A stretch of DNA of 64,000 nt from Candidatus Multivoradales bacterium (GTDB taxonomy: Bacteria > Acidobacteriota > Thermoanaerobaculia > Multivoradales > J023): assembly GCA_965248925.1 (NCBI GenBank), contig CBDFLE010000006.1:4128001-4192000 (forward strand). Reading direction: 5' to 3'. This document shows, piece by piece, positions 1-9,714 of this stretch. How positions within the stretch are numbered: position 1 is the stretch's first letter; each line of letters begins with the position of its first letter. A program made the position numbers and the translations under genes. Below the pieces are notes generated by a model. It did not search any database, had not been told where the DNA came from, and saw only the letters and a list, made by a program, of their open reading frames with translations.

Positions 1-429
1 ACCAGCTGGCAGTATTGCCTTGTCAACGGCTGGCAGGGGTAGAGCTTCGGTGGCGGGACTGCCGCCGAGCCGTTGCCGATCTTCGCGCAGGCGGCGCAGC
101 AAGGCCGGGCAGGTGACCCATTTGAAGTGACCGGTGAGTGAGCGAACCGGCAGCAGCACGAGCCGAGCGTCGCCGACGATCAGGGCGCCAGCGTGGTCGG
201 ATGCGTTGTCGGTGTCAGGACCGAAGATCGACCAGCGCAGGTCTTTGGGCATCTGACGATCTTCGGCGCGGGCGCGGAGCGCTCCTTTGACCGCGCTGCC
301 GTAGACACACGGCCAGTCGGTGTGTGCCTCGCGCTGGATGGGCAAGTCAATAGGTCCGGCGCTGTGGCCGGCGCCGGCGTGGATCGAGGTTTCGGCCAGC
401 AGGCCGAGGATGGCGGTGGGTTGTTTCAC
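1..429 (-). CDS. cmr4: Type III-B CRISPR RAMP Cmr4 (5' part; runs off window edge)
   Basis: Not in the ORF track. Manual translation from GTG at 429 (RBS AAGGAG upstream) gives MKQPTAILGLLAETSIHAGAGHSAGPIDLPIQREAHTDWPCVYGSAVKGALRA, a typical Cmr4 N-terminus. Follows cmr3. Confidence 0.9.
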   Translation of the reverse strand, partial: MKQPTAILGLLAETSIHAGAGHSAGPIDLPIQREAHTDWPCVYGSAVKGALRARAEDRQMPKDLRWSIFGPDTDNASDHAGALIVGDARLVLLPVRSLTGHFKWVTCPALLRRLREDRQRLGGSPATEALPLPAVDKAILPAG

Positions 430-470
430 GATTGCGGACTCCTTGATTGAGTGATCGGATTGGTTGGGGC

Positions 471-1676
471 TCAGTCGGCCCACAAGCCCACGGCTAACAG
501 ACCGCGGCCGAGTTGGGTGTCATAGCCAATCGATGTGCCGTGGAGGATGGCGATGGCTTCGTCGATGGCGCCCTCGTCGACTGTGCATAGCCAGACACTG
601 CCGGCGGGCACCAGGCTGCGGACTGGGTGCGATCGATGATTGGCGAGATCCCAGCCGCCTTCGCGAATGGGTTTGCCGAGGATTGCTGAGTGCAAGGTCA
701 GAGGGACCTGCAGAGCGATGGACTCACCTCGCCGGGGTTCGGCGTCGCAGCGGGTGTTCCAGATCTCGGGATCGAAGCCGGGAGCTGGATTCAGTCCCTC
801 CGGCCGCCAACGGCAGCGACCGAAGTCGGCATGGGTCAGCAGGCACAGTGCCAGCCAGCGTTGACCTGGCTCTGGCCGAGGAGCGTGGGGGAGCTTGGCC
901 GTTTGGTCTCTGACACTCACCATCGCCATTCGGCCTTCGCCGCCGAATCGCACCGGTGATCGCGGTTGGTGGAGTCGGGGGTTAACCTTGTCAGCCCGCA
1001 ACTCGACGTCTATTTCTACTGCCAGCTGGTGGTTAGGTCGCAGGTGGCGAGTCTGATAGAGCAGCCCTTCTTTAACGGTGCGCAGTGCATTCTCACGGGC
1101 GATCCCGAGCCGTGGCTCTTCGGGTACCAGTGGTGCGAGCAGGACGACATCGTCGCTGGCAGGTAGCTCGCCTGCCAGCGTTTGTCGCAGGCCCTGAAGG
1201 GTTAGCCAAGCACGGTCGAGAGGCTTGGCATGGTCTCCAGTAGGTAGTTGCGGCAGGCGAACTCTGCCCAAGTCACACTTCTCTGCTGAACCCAAAGCGA
1301 GACGGACGATTCCCTGCTTGCCCTCGCCGCGTGACATCAGAAAGGCCGGAGCGGGGAAGAGGCGTTCGGTGGTGCCGCTGTCGTTGCGCCGGGTGAGCCA
1401 AGGGCCAGCGAAGTGCAGCGAACCGAGGTCGTCGCCAAAACCTATCCAGCCTTGCAGGCTGCCGCCGGATGGCCCGGCCTGGTCCTTGGCGACGCGGAAG
1501 TCATTCCAATTAACCCCGACGCTCTCGCCCATCAGGAATCGGGTGGCTCCGGCAAGGGTCCGAGCCGGTGGTGGGAAGACGCTGCCGAGCTCTAAGCCGC
1601 CAACGACACCGTGGGGACGGGATTCGCGGAAGAACCAGGTGTCGTGGGCTTCGTAGCGCCAGGTCTCGACGGTCAT
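471..1676 (-). CDS. cmr3: Type III-B CRISPR module-associated protein Cmr3
   Basis: DTWFFRESRP, FPPPARTLAGA, RFGGEGR, GGWDLA...P...VPAGSVW and C-terminal G-rich QLGRG; position after cas10. Confidence 0.9.
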   Translation of the reverse strand: MTVETWRYEAHDTWFFRESRPHGVVGGLELGSVFPPPARTLAGATRFLMGESVGVNWNDFRVAKDQAGPSGGSLQGWIGFGDDLGSLHFAGPWLTRRNDSGTTERLFPAPAFLMSRGEGKQGIVRLALGSAEKCDLGRVRLPQLPTGDHAKPLDRAWLTLQGLRQTLAGELPASDDVVLLAPLVPEEPRLGIARENALRTVKEGLLYQTRHLRPNHQLAVEIDVELRADKVNPRLHQPRSPVRFGGEGRMAMVSVRDQTAKLPHAPRPEPGQRWLALCLLTHADFGRCRWRPEGLNPAPGFDPEIWNTRCDAEPRRGESIALQVPLTLHSAILGKPIREGGWDLANHRSHPVRSLVPAGSVWLCTVDEGAIDEAIAILHGTSIGYDTQLGRGLLAVGLWAD

Positions 1677-3670
1677 GCCTCTACCCCCTTGCGGGCCAGA
1701 AAGCGCACTAGCAGCGCGCCGTCGGCCTGGAGTTGATCGGTGATCTCGAAGGTAACGTCATCCTTTGGTGGGTCATTGTTCACATGCCTGATTTGCGGGC
1801 GGCATTGCCGCAGCAAACGCTCCACGGTCGGCTGTACCTGATCCGTCGTCGGCCTCTTTTCGCCATGGACTCCGGAACTGATGTATTCGGCTGTCATCAG
1901 TTTGAGGGCCTGTTCAGAAGTGAGATGCTCTTGATCCGTGTGGCGTGGATTGAGCAGTGCGAAGAGTTCACGGATGCGATAGAAGAAACGGCTTGAGAAA
2001 ACACTCTCTTCCGGTTGCTTAGGTCTACCAGACTCATTTCCCGAGGGACTCCGTAGTTCGTCTACCAATGCTTCCAGCACCAGCCGTTGATCCTTGCCTT
2101 CGACCGGCTCGTCGAGAGCCGCTTCCCAGGGCATCGCCCAGGCCATGAGCTGACCGCCAGGTGCCCAGACCCGCACTGCCAGAGAATCGCGACCACAGCC
2201 ATCCTTGGCGACGTTGTCCAGCAGGTGGTGGGAGTTGCTCAGCACTCTGCTCAGCGGCACCCGAAAGTGGGCGTATTCGATGGCGCCCGAGAGGGTGGAA
2301 CGTACAGGTTTGCCGACTGCGTCGACCTTGCTGGCGAAGCATGCTTCGTAGTGATCTCGCAGCTTACGAGCGCAGGGCATCGCTTGGTCCAGGGACAACA
2401 TTGCCAGGACATCATCGCCCCCGGCGTAGATCAGAAACCCGCTTTGGGCGTCGACGATTTTCTTGACCTGACCAGTGAACTTCCCCAATGCCTTGCTGAT
2501 GGGTTCTTGCCGGTCGACAATCGACATCTGCTTGCCGAGCGCGTCACCGTCCATTCGCAGGATCGAGTAGTAGGGAGATGGATGGGCGATGTCTTTTGCC
2601 CTGGCTTGATCACGCAGCACTTCGAGGGCTTCGCGGGCGTGTTTCTTGGTCTCCTCAGGAACGTCTTTGAAGAGGTTCGGGTTGAGCAGGGTTTCCTTGA
2701 AGAATAGCGAGCCATCGAGTGAGCGGAAGAAGTGGGCGGGGGCGCCGCTCGTCTTTCCGGCTTGGCGCAGGCACTCGAGATCGATCTTCCATTCGCCGTA
2801 GTTACCGGTGACTTCCCGGGCAGCTAGGGTGAAGGTTTCGACCGCCGAGGGATCAATTTTCTGGCTGACGATCTGTTCGATCCAGGGCACCGCCGCCAAG
2901 TAGGCCACCGATGGGACGGCGGTGGGGAGTTTCCAGCCTCGCAGCATCCAGCCTCCCGGCATTTCAGCCTTGAGGCATTTGAAGTGACGAGCGAACCGCC
3001 GCTTGACAAAGGCCATGGCACAGAGCTGCTCGCCCTCACGAAAGTCGGTGGTGTTGCAGCTCTGCGCGATACTCTTCCAGAACTCCTTGCGGCGGTCGCG
3101 GTCGTCTTTACCTTCGCCCTGGATCCCCGAGAGTTCTTGCCAGCCGTCCATCACCAGGCATTTGGCCCCTGGTTCGTCGGGCGCCAGGTGGTTACGCCAG
3201 TTCTTGCGCCGGTCGATCAGGTCGCTGTGCTGATCATCAGGTGCTACCGCCCAGTAGATCTCCCAGAAACTCTTGACTTGACGATTCCAGATTCTACGAC
3301 TTTCGGATTCCTCACCTAGCGCTGCGAGATCTCTCTTCCAAAGTTCCTCTGCAAGTTGGTGCCAGGCTTCGCGTACAGTTTCCGCGATGCGCTTTGCAAC
3401 GAATCCTTCTTCTATCTTTGCTTTGAATCGATTCGGTACGGACCCTTGGGTAGGTGAGAACTTCGCCTTGTTTCCCTGCGTCAGGCACTTGATGAATTCC
3501 GGGTCTGGGGCGGGGAAGGTGATCCTGCCATCCTGCTGTTGCACAGCTTTCATCGCGACCGCAGATAGAAACGAGAGGATGAATGACCCAGCCCAAAAAT
3601 CGCGAGTCCTTCTGGCTTGCTCGACGAAACTCTGAACTGGTCCGATGGTGAAGTGAAAGTGCTGGCTCAC
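1673..3670 (-). CDS. cas10: Type III-B Cas10/Cmr2 (no N-terminal HD domain; intact GGDD)
   Basis: N-terminus FTIGPVQSFVEQARRTRDFWAGSFILS; YYSILRMDGDALGK; IYAGGDDVLA palm motif. Confidence 0.95.
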   Translation of the reverse strand: MSQHFHFTIGPVQSFVEQARRTRDFWAGSFILSFLSAVAMKAVQQQDGRITFPAPDPEFIKCLTQGNKAKFSPTQGSVPNRFKAKIEEGFVAKRIAETVREAWHQLAEELWKRDLAALGEESESRRIWNRQVKSFWEIYWAVAPDDQHSDLIDRRKNWRNHLAPDEPGAKCLVMDGWQELSGIQGEGKDDRDRRKEFWKSIAQSCNTTDFREGEQLCAMAFVKRRFARHFKCLKAEMPGGWMLRGWKLPTAVPSVAYLAAVPWIEQIVSQKIDPSAVETFTLAAREVTGNYGEWKIDLECLRQAGKTSGAPAHFFRSLDGSLFFKETLLNPNLFKDVPEETKKHAREALEVLRDQARAKDIAHPSPYYSILRMDGDALGKQMSIVDRQEPISKALGKFTGQVKKIVDAQSGFLIYAGGDDVLAMLSLDQAMPCARKLRDHYEACFASKVDAVGKPVRSTLSGAIEYAHFRVPLSRVLSNSHHLLDNVAKDGCGRDSLAVRVWAPGGQLMAWAMPWEAALDEPVEGKDQRLVLEALVDELRSPSGNESGRPKQPEESVFSSRFFYRIRELFALLNPRHTDQEHLTSEQALKLMTAEYISSGVHGEKRPTTDQVQPTVERLLRQCRPQIRHVNNDPPKDDVTFEITDQLQADGALLVRFLARKGVEA

Positions 3671-4857
3671 GGCAGTAGGTCCTTTCGTTCCGAAAAGCGA
3701 TCGAGAAAGTCTGTGATGTGCTTGAAGTTGGGTTGAGGGACTAGGTCGGGAGTCCTTCCAGTGATCGAAATCTTGTCGCCGGATGGTAGAAAGATGGCTG
3801 GTAGAAGGGTGTGAAATGCAGCGTGACTTCCGTTGGGAAACTGATGAATGTGCAGCAAGAGAGGAGAAGCACGGCGAGCGCGCCGTTCGCCTGTGGGCTC
3901 CACTTCTAGCCTTCGTCTCGCTATTGGTATGTGTCCTGGCGAGGAGAAGAAGTAGTTGTGGGGCAAGCCGAATACGATACGGCCGGGTAGCTGCTCGGCA
4001 ACGCCTCCCATCATCGCTTTCTGCATTTCATTGTGATCATCCGGGAAGTTCTGTTCCGCTCTTTGGCCCAGGACCTTGTGGTATGAGTCTTGCGGCCGAC
4101 GAAGTCCCCAACTACGATAGAACATCATTTTTCTTCCGACACCCTCGAGTAGTTGCCAGCCATTCGCCGTTGAGGACTTGGTCGAGCAGTGGACCTTGCT
4201 CATCTTGGAAAAGGCGGTTAGCGGAGGTAGATCGCTGCCGAGGTCGGGCAGATTGTCGTTGAGTTGTAATTTCAGCTCATCAAGGGTTCTCGGAATCTTT
4301 ATCGCAGCTCCTTCTAATGACTCCAGTACGACACTGCCCATTCCATGGCGTGAGCGACTGCCGAGCCCACCCAGCATTCCCCACAGCCATAGGGCTCTTG
4401 AGATGCTGGCGATCGATGCGTCATCTTTATTCCGCAAGCGAATACGGACTGTGAAAGAGGTGTCGGGCTTGAACGCTTTGCGTAGGCAGCGATCTCTGAA
4501 GTGGAACAGGCCCATTCCGAGGAGATACCCTTGGCCGGGTCCCGCGTCAGGCTTGTAGGTTGAGCCTCCTGTTGCGATCGACGTTCTGATCAACATGCGC
4601 TGCCCGCCTTGTTCTTCGCCACCTTCAATCTTGCTAGCCGCTCCAAACAGCCTTGTTTCCCGCTGATGCAGCTCGCACAGCGCCGCGGCTGGGTCCGCAT
4701 GCTCAACACAAACCCGCGGCCACTCCGAAGCCCGCCACCAAAACCGCAACGCTCCACGAATCGAAGGTGGTCGCAAGCTGCTCGGCTTCTGATCAGCGTC
4801 GCCGAGGAACATCGGCGTGGTTATCCGATAAGTCGCTGAGATCTCATGCCCTCTCAT
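3667..4857 (-). CDS. cmr1: Type III-B CRISPR RAMP Cmr1
   Basis: ITTPMFLGDA, SIRGALRFWWRA, GGLGSRSRHGMGS, FGLPHNYFF, RRASPL motifs. Confidence 0.92.
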   Translation of the reverse strand: MRGHEISATYRITTPMFLGDADQKPSSLRPPSIRGALRFWWRASEWPRVCVEHADPAAALCELHQRETRLFGAASKIEGGEEQGGQRMLIRTSIATGGSTYKPDAGPGQGYLLGMGLFHFRDRCLRKAFKPDTSFTVRIRLRNKDDASIASISRALWLWGMLGGLGSRSRHGMGSVVLESLEGAAIKIPRTLDELKLQLNDNLPDLGSDLPPLTAFSKMSKVHCSTKSSTANGWQLLEGVGRKMMFYRSWGLRRPQDSYHKVLGQRAEQNFPDDHNEMQKAMMGGVAEQLPGRIVFGLPHNYFFSSPGHIPIARRRLEVEPTGERRARRASPLLLHIHQFPNGSHAAFHTLLPAIFLPSGDKISITGRTPDLVPQPNFKHITDFLDRFSERKDLLP

Positions 4858-5897
4858 CGCCCCACCTCAACCTGCCCCAACCCAAACGCCGTACTCTTCC
4901 CCACATGCAGCACCTCTGCCGCCCTGAGCATTGGCCACAGCGGCTCGATCTCCCCATCAAGGTCAATCTCGCCAACAAAACCACCCATCGACAGATGGCG
5001 CTGCTGCCGATTGCTCCAGCGTTGCCAGGTTTCCCAACGCAGCCGCTCGGCGACGATCTCTATTTGGTCGGCGAGATCAAGATAGGGGCGGAAGGTCCAG
5101 TCAACCTCGATGCTGGGGCAGTGGAAGTGAGCCAGCTCGAGCTGGCGTCGCAGCATCTTGAAGGCCAAGGTGCGGAAGCTGTGGCAGCGCTCGATAACTT
5201 GGCTGTGGACTTTGAGCCGGCAGGGGGTGAGGAAGCGCAGGGTGATCGGTCCGCTGGGCGCCTTGCTGCTCGGCTGAGTGCTGGCGACTACCGGCTGCCA
5301 GCGGCGCTGGCGGCGTTGGTAGCCGCTTTGCCAGTGGCCGTCTCGGTCTTGCCAGCGCACTTCGTGCAGCTCGAAGGGCCAACGCTGACTACCAAGCCCG
5401 GCTTGGGCCATGCCGTCGATCGCCAACAAGACCTGACCCTGGAGCTCGGTGGCTTGGCCGATCAGCAGCAAGTCGAAGTCGAAGTGCTCGCCGGTGGCGA
5501 AGTCGCGACGCAGGTCTGAGGCTTCGATGACGTAGGGGCGGGGGGCGCTCACGGAGCCGCCGAGCAGCGGCGGCGGCTCGCCTTCGATGCGGTTTTCATA
5601 CATCCGGCTGTAGGCGCAGCCAAGGCGCAGGGCGCAGCTGGGACAGCGGGTGCCGGCGGGCTGGCTGCACACCAGGCGGCGCAGGGCATGGCCCAGGGCG
5701 CCGCGCAGCATGGAGCCTTTTTGGGTGTTGAGCCGCGCCGGCCGCTGGGCTTCGAGGGTGCATCGCAGCCGCAGGTGGGGAATGCTCGGTAGGGTGTAGG
5801 CCCGCGCCCAAGCTCTGGGGGCGTCGGACAGGGGTGGTGTCGAGACCTCAGCGGTCCGGCGGTCCGGGGCGACGGGTTGCAGGGGTTGAAGGCTCAT
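4854..5897 (-). CDS. cas6: CRISPR pre-crRNA processing endoribonuclease Cas6 (DUF2276-type with CxxC cluster)
   Basis: GSMLRGALGHALRRLVC, CPSC...C, PRPYVI, FLTPCRL, C-terminal HVGKSTAFGLG loop; overlaps the cmr1 start. Confidence 0.88.
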   Translation of the reverse strand: MSLQPLQPVAPDRRTAEVSTPPLSDAPRAWARAYTLPSIPHLRLRCTLEAQRPARLNTQKGSMLRGALGHALRRLVCSQPAGTRCPSCALRLGCAYSRMYENRIEGEPPPLLGGSVSAPRPYVIEASDLRRDFATGEHFDFDLLLIGQATELQGQVLLAIDGMAQAGLGSQRWPFELHEVRWQDRDGHWQSGYQRRQRRWQPVVASTQPSSKAPSGPITLRFLTPCRLKVHSQVIERCHSFRTLAFKMLRRQLELAHFHCPSIEVDWTFRPYLDLADQIEIVAERLRWETWQRWSNRQQRHLSMGGFVGEIDLDGEIEPLWPMLRAAEVLHVGKSTAFGLGQVEVGR

Positions 5898-6087
5898 GCG
5901 ATCGGTTTCCTCTCATGCCATGGGTGGCGCCCGGCCCGGCGGCCGGCGCCGGCCCAGGTCGATGGGCGAGCGGCGTCTCTTTTGAGGTAGACCCGATCGA
6001 GGGCGGGAGGGGTGGGGAGAACTTTCGCGATCGAGCTGCGAAGAATCAGGGCGATGTCGAGGCAGAGAAACGCTGAGGGGGGTCGAA

Positions 6088-6693
6088 CTAGTTAAGCAGC
6101 TCTTCGACTTCTTGCCAAAAGGCAGTGAGGCTGAGCTGAAGACCTTCGATCTTGGAGGAGCGGTAGAGGTCGCCCTGGGGAAGGAAGACCACGAAACGGC
6201 CTGGTTCGTTGACCTGGCCCTGGTTGATCAGAAAGTCGATCTGGCGCTCGGCCGGGTCGACGATCCAATACTCTTGCACTCCGCTCTCGGCGTAGAGGCG
6301 TAGCTTCTCACCGCGATCTCGTCGTGCGGTGCTCGGCGAAAGGATCTCGACCAACAACTCGGGTGCCCCTTCTAGCTTCTCACCCAACAGATGCTTGCTC
6401 TCGCCGGTGAGGTAGATCAGATCGGGCTGCACGACCGAATGCTCGGCCATGTGGACATCGAGGGGCGCGGTCAAGGTTAGGCCGCCGTGGGCACGGGCAA
6501 TGCGGTAGAGCTGCCTGGAAAGTACCAGTGCGACGACCTGATGTAGAGGAGATGGGCTCGGGCTCATGAAGATCCTTCCCAAGATCAGCTCGTAACGTTG
6601 CTCGTCCGGCAGCTCTGCGTAGTCCGCGCTACGGTAGGGGCCCAACTCGTCGGGCAGTGAGATCGGAATTTCCTTCAGGACTGCTGCGGCCAT
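6088..6693 (-). CDS. Uma2 family (PD-(D/E)XK) endonuclease
   Basis: RYELILG, PSPSPLHQ, VVQPDL, APELLVEILSPST..RDRGEKLRLYAESGVQEYWIVDP. Confidence 0.9.
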   Translation of the reverse strand: MAAAVLKEIPISLPDELGPYRSADYAELPDEQRYELILGRIFMSPSPSPLHQVVALVLSRQLYRIARAHGGLTLTAPLDVHMAEHSVVQPDLIYLTGESKHLLGEKLEGAPELLVEILSPSTARRDRGEKLRLYAESGVQEYWIVDPAERQIDFLINQGQVNEPGRFVVFLPQGDLYRSSKIEGLQLSLTAFWQEVEELLN

Positions 6694-6872
6694 ACATGGA
6701 GTATACCTGAGCGCCTGGCGGCCCCTGTGCCACGGCTTTCAGGCAGAATTCCCCACCCGCGTCAGGTAAACTCCCCCGCAGCCGCCTTTGCAATCGATCT
6801 CATCTACATCGAGCGCAGTTCCGGAATGCCTGGCCCTGGTCGGCGGGCGTCCGGGTAGGGAGTCTGAAAAAT

Positions 6873-7517
6873 ATGGGAGAGAATCGGCAGCCTCCCGTCG
6901 CCGGCAGGGGGCTCGGCGAGGGGACTCTGATCCGTCAGCTGCAAAAGGGTGGGAAAGCGGCAGAAACCGCCTTTCAGCAGCTCTTCGTGGAGTACTACCC
7001 GCGTCTTTTCGCCTTCTTCCTGCGGCGGGGTCTGGCTCCTGATCTTGCAGATGATCTCATCCAGGAAACCCTGATTCGGGTCTACCAGAAGGTAAGGCTC
7101 TATCAGTTCGATGCTCCGTTCGAGCATTGGCTGTTCACCATCGGGATGAACGTGTGGAGAAAAGACTATCGCGCCAAGGCCGCTCTGAAGCGTAAGTTCG
7201 ACCTTGCTGACTCGCTGGAGCAGATGGAGCAGGCCTTTGTCGAGGAGGGCCGCCGAGGTTCGGCTTTGCCCGCCGATCCGAGGCTTGCTCCTGAGGCCGA
7301 GAGTCTGGCCAGGGAGTTGCGGCGGGTGTTGTTCGAGATCTCTGGCGGCCTTCCACCGCGAATGAGCGAGTGTGTACGCTTGTCGCTTGGGGACAAGACC
7401 CAAAGGGAGATCGCTTGCCTGATGAAGATCAGCGTCTCCACCGTCAAATCGCAGCTCCGGGACGCTCGCCTGCGTCTTCGGCCGGAGCTGGAACGGCTCG
7501 GCTTGACCTGGCCATAG
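6873..7517 (+). CDS. ECF RNA polymerase sigma-70 factor
   Basis: Region 2 (ADDLIQETLIRVY, WLFTIGMN) and region 4 (LPPRMSEC..TQREIA..ISVSTVKSQLRDAR). Confidence 0.9.
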   Translation: MGENRQPPVAGRGLGEGTLIRQLQKGGKAAETAFQQLFVEYYPRLFAFFLRRGLAPDLADDLIQETLIRVYQKVRLYQFDAPFEHWLFTIGMNVWRKDYRAKAALKRKFDLADSLEQMEQAFVEEGRRGSALPADPRLAPEAESLARELRRVLFEISGGLPPRMSECVRLSLGDKTQREIACLMKISVSTVKSQLRDARLRLRPELERLGLTWP

Positions 7518-7539
7518 GACGAAGGCTCAGCGAATCACC

Positions 7540-8298
7540 ATGAATGCCAAGAGAACGATCCGTGAGCAAGCTAGAGTGTTGCGTGCCGAACTCGGTCTCG
7601 CGCCGACTCCCGAGGAGCTGGTGAGCTACTATTTCGGCGAACTCGACGATGCCAACCGGCGGCGGATTCGGGCTTACCTGGCGGTCAGCCCGGAGGCCGC
7701 TGAGACGGTGCTCGACATGGCTCGATTTTCAGAGCTTGAGCCCGACTCAGCGGAGCTGCCGGACCTCGAGGCCAGCTGGCAGCGCTTGCGTCAGCGAGTG
7801 GCGGAGCTACCTTCGACCGAGCCAGTCGAACCGGCATTTGAGGTGGCGTCGATGCCGCAGCAGACGCGACCGCGCTCGTGGCAGCTAGCGGCGATGCTGG
7901 TGCTGGGTCTCGGCCTGGGCTGGCCGCTCACTAGCTGGCTGCGCGGGCCGGCGATCGCTACTCAGCCGGCCGAGGTAAGCCTGAGCGACGTGGTCAGCCG
8001 TGGCGGTGATGAATCGACTCTGGTGGTACCGACCGACGCCGACAGGGTGATAGTGCGGCTTAGTCTCGGCTCGCGCGAGCTTGCCGACTCTTGGCAGTTG
8101 GAGATCTGGCGGCGGCGTGACGCCACGGCCAAACGGGTGCGGCAGCTGTCGATCTCGCGCCAGCCGGGAGGGAGCTTCACCTTCACGTTACCCCCCGATC
8201 TGTTGCCCACGGGCAACTACGAGCTACGCCTGTTCGGCACCTCGGCCGGCGAGCGAACCCGGCGGGCTAGCTACGAGCTGGAGGTCGAGCGGCGATAG
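7540..8298 (+). CDS. Putative membrane-anchored anti-sigma factor (degenerate zf-HC2-like N-terminus)
   Basis: Directly follows the ECF gene; PTPEELVSYYFGELD..RRRIRAYL N-terminus, one TM helix (WQLAAMLVLGLGLGW), beta-rich C-terminus. Confidence 0.6.
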   Translation: MNAKRTIREQARVLRAELGLAPTPEELVSYYFGELDDANRRRIRAYLAVSPEAAETVLDMARFSELEPDSAELPDLEASWQRLRQRVAELPSTEPVEPAFEVASMPQQTRPRSWQLAAMLVLGLGLGWPLTSWLRGPAIATQPAEVSLSDVVSRGGDESTLVVPTDADRVIVRLSLGSRELADSWQLEIWRRRDATAKRVRQLSISRQPGGSFTFTLPPDLLPTGNYELRLFGTSAGERTRRASYELEVERR

Positions 8299-8319
8299 AT
8301 TGGGGCGGCCTCCCCTCGA

Positions 8320-9657
8320 TCAGGGGCGGCTATTTACGGATCCCTGCCTGGTCGCCAAGTCCCGCGCCACAACTTTCGCAACGGCCGCGGCCACTATGCG
8401 ACTCCCCGTTCGATTGAAATGGCAACAGTCGTCGGTGTAGAGCGGCTCTTCGATTTTGGCAAATACCGTGCTGAGATCTGCGAAGCAGACGCCGGCAGCT
8501 TTCAGCGCTTGCCCTGCTTTTCGCAGCATCGGATAGCCAAGCTTGATCGCTTCTTGGTATGGGCTTTCTTGATGAATCGCCACTTTCGCTTCTTCGGCGG
8601 ACAGTGGTTTGCCGCCGAGATCGTATTGATTAGGTTGTAGGAAGTGGCAGTAGGTGATTCCGTTGGCTCGCGATAGGTGGTGCATTTGAAGGGAGCTGCG
8701 CTGCCACACATCGACCAAGGAACTTAGCAAGGCGTCAGTGTTGTCTGCTGTCGTGAACGGCCCCTGGAGGGCGTAGTGCTCGCCGGCGGACGCAGAATCT
8801 CCTATCGCTTGTGCGAGCTCCTTGTCGGTCGTCGCCAGCTGCCGGTCGATGCTGAGCCAGATGACGTTGGATATCGCCAGGGACCGGGGGACTGGCAATT
8901 CAAATCCTCTGGCGATCGCAACCCTTGTCTTACGAAGCGCATCTCGCCGTGAAAGCAAGCGCAGAAACGAACGTGAGGAAAGCCCTTCGACGCGCTGTCG
9001 CCAGGCGCGTGGATAGGGCGGAAAAATACGATGTTGGTAGTTGTCGAACCAGCTTAGCGCCAACTCGTTGAAGCCGTCGAGGTTGACGATGATCTCGATC
9101 TCCTCGCCGAGCGTCAACAGGTAGTTGAGAGTCATCAATGCCTGGGGTTGTTTGTAACCCCCAAGGGCGAGGCTCCTGACACCGATCGAGCCGAGCTCGG
9201 GCCGAGCTGCGCTGAGGATCTCGGATAGGGCATCTCTTCCGTGAAAGGAAAAGAGCATCGCGACCGAGCCGCCAAAGATGCCAAGGCTGGTGTCCTTGTC
9301 TGCGTACGCCGGCTGTTCGCCGGGAAGTCGAAGAAATCCCAGGCGGGTGACTTCGAGCATGCCGTTGTCGCGCCGCTTCTCGCGCTGGTTCGCTCCTGGA
9401 TCGAAGACAAAGCCAAGGTAAGGGTGCAGAACTTCGTTATCGAATCCCCGGATGTCTGACTCGAACTGATAGGCCAGCCTCCCGTCGCCTAGCTCGTCAA
9501 CGAGCTGTCGTCGTAGAGCTGACACTTCGCCGATGGACTGCTCGGGGAAAGCGACTCGGGCAAGCAGGCGCGCGCCCACCTCAATCGCACCGAGTGTGGT
9601 GAGCCCCATGAGACAGTAGAAGACGAACTGTCTTCTGCCGCTGGTCGCCATTCTCAA
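8320..9657 (-). CDS. SGNH/GDSL-hydrolase-like membrane-anchored protein
   Basis: N-terminal TM helix; FGGSVA, GGYKQPQ, LDGFNE and DxxH (DCCHFN) blocks. Confidence 0.6.
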   Translation of the reverse strand: MRMATSGRRQFVFYCLMGLTTLGAIEVGARLLARVAFPEQSIGEVSALRRQLVDELGDGRLAYQFESDIRGFDNEVLHPYLGFVFDPGANQREKRRDNGMLEVTRLGFLRLPGEQPAYADKDTSLGIFGGSVAMLFSFHGRDALSEILSAARPELGSIGVRSLALGGYKQPQALMTLNYLLTLGEEIEIIVNLDGFNELALSWFDNYQHRIFPPYPRAWRQRVEGLSSRSFLRLLSRRDALRKTRVAIARGFELPVPRSLAISNVIWLSIDRQLATTDKELAQAIGDSASAGEHYALQGPFTTADNTDALLSSLVDVWQRSSLQMHHLSRANGITYCHFLQPNQYDLGGKPLSAEEAKVAIHQESPYQEAIKLGYPMLRKAGQALKAAGVCFADLSTVFAKIEEPLYTDDCCHFNRTGSRIVAAAVAKVVARDLATRQGSVNSRP

Positions 9658-9714
9658 CCTCCTGGGCAGTTTCTGGAATTGGGCCGGTCTAGCTGGCCCA
9701 ACTTCGAGAGCATC

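Noticed and set aside
5898-6087. Possible CRISPR array or leader upstream of cas6
   Set aside because: No repeated 25-40-bp unit with unique spacers here or anywhere else I could see in the window.
6725-6765. ECF-motif promoter upstream of the 6873 sigma (TGTGCC...CGCGTC)
   Set aside because: Spacer is about 26 nt, not 16-17, so it does not fit the motif.
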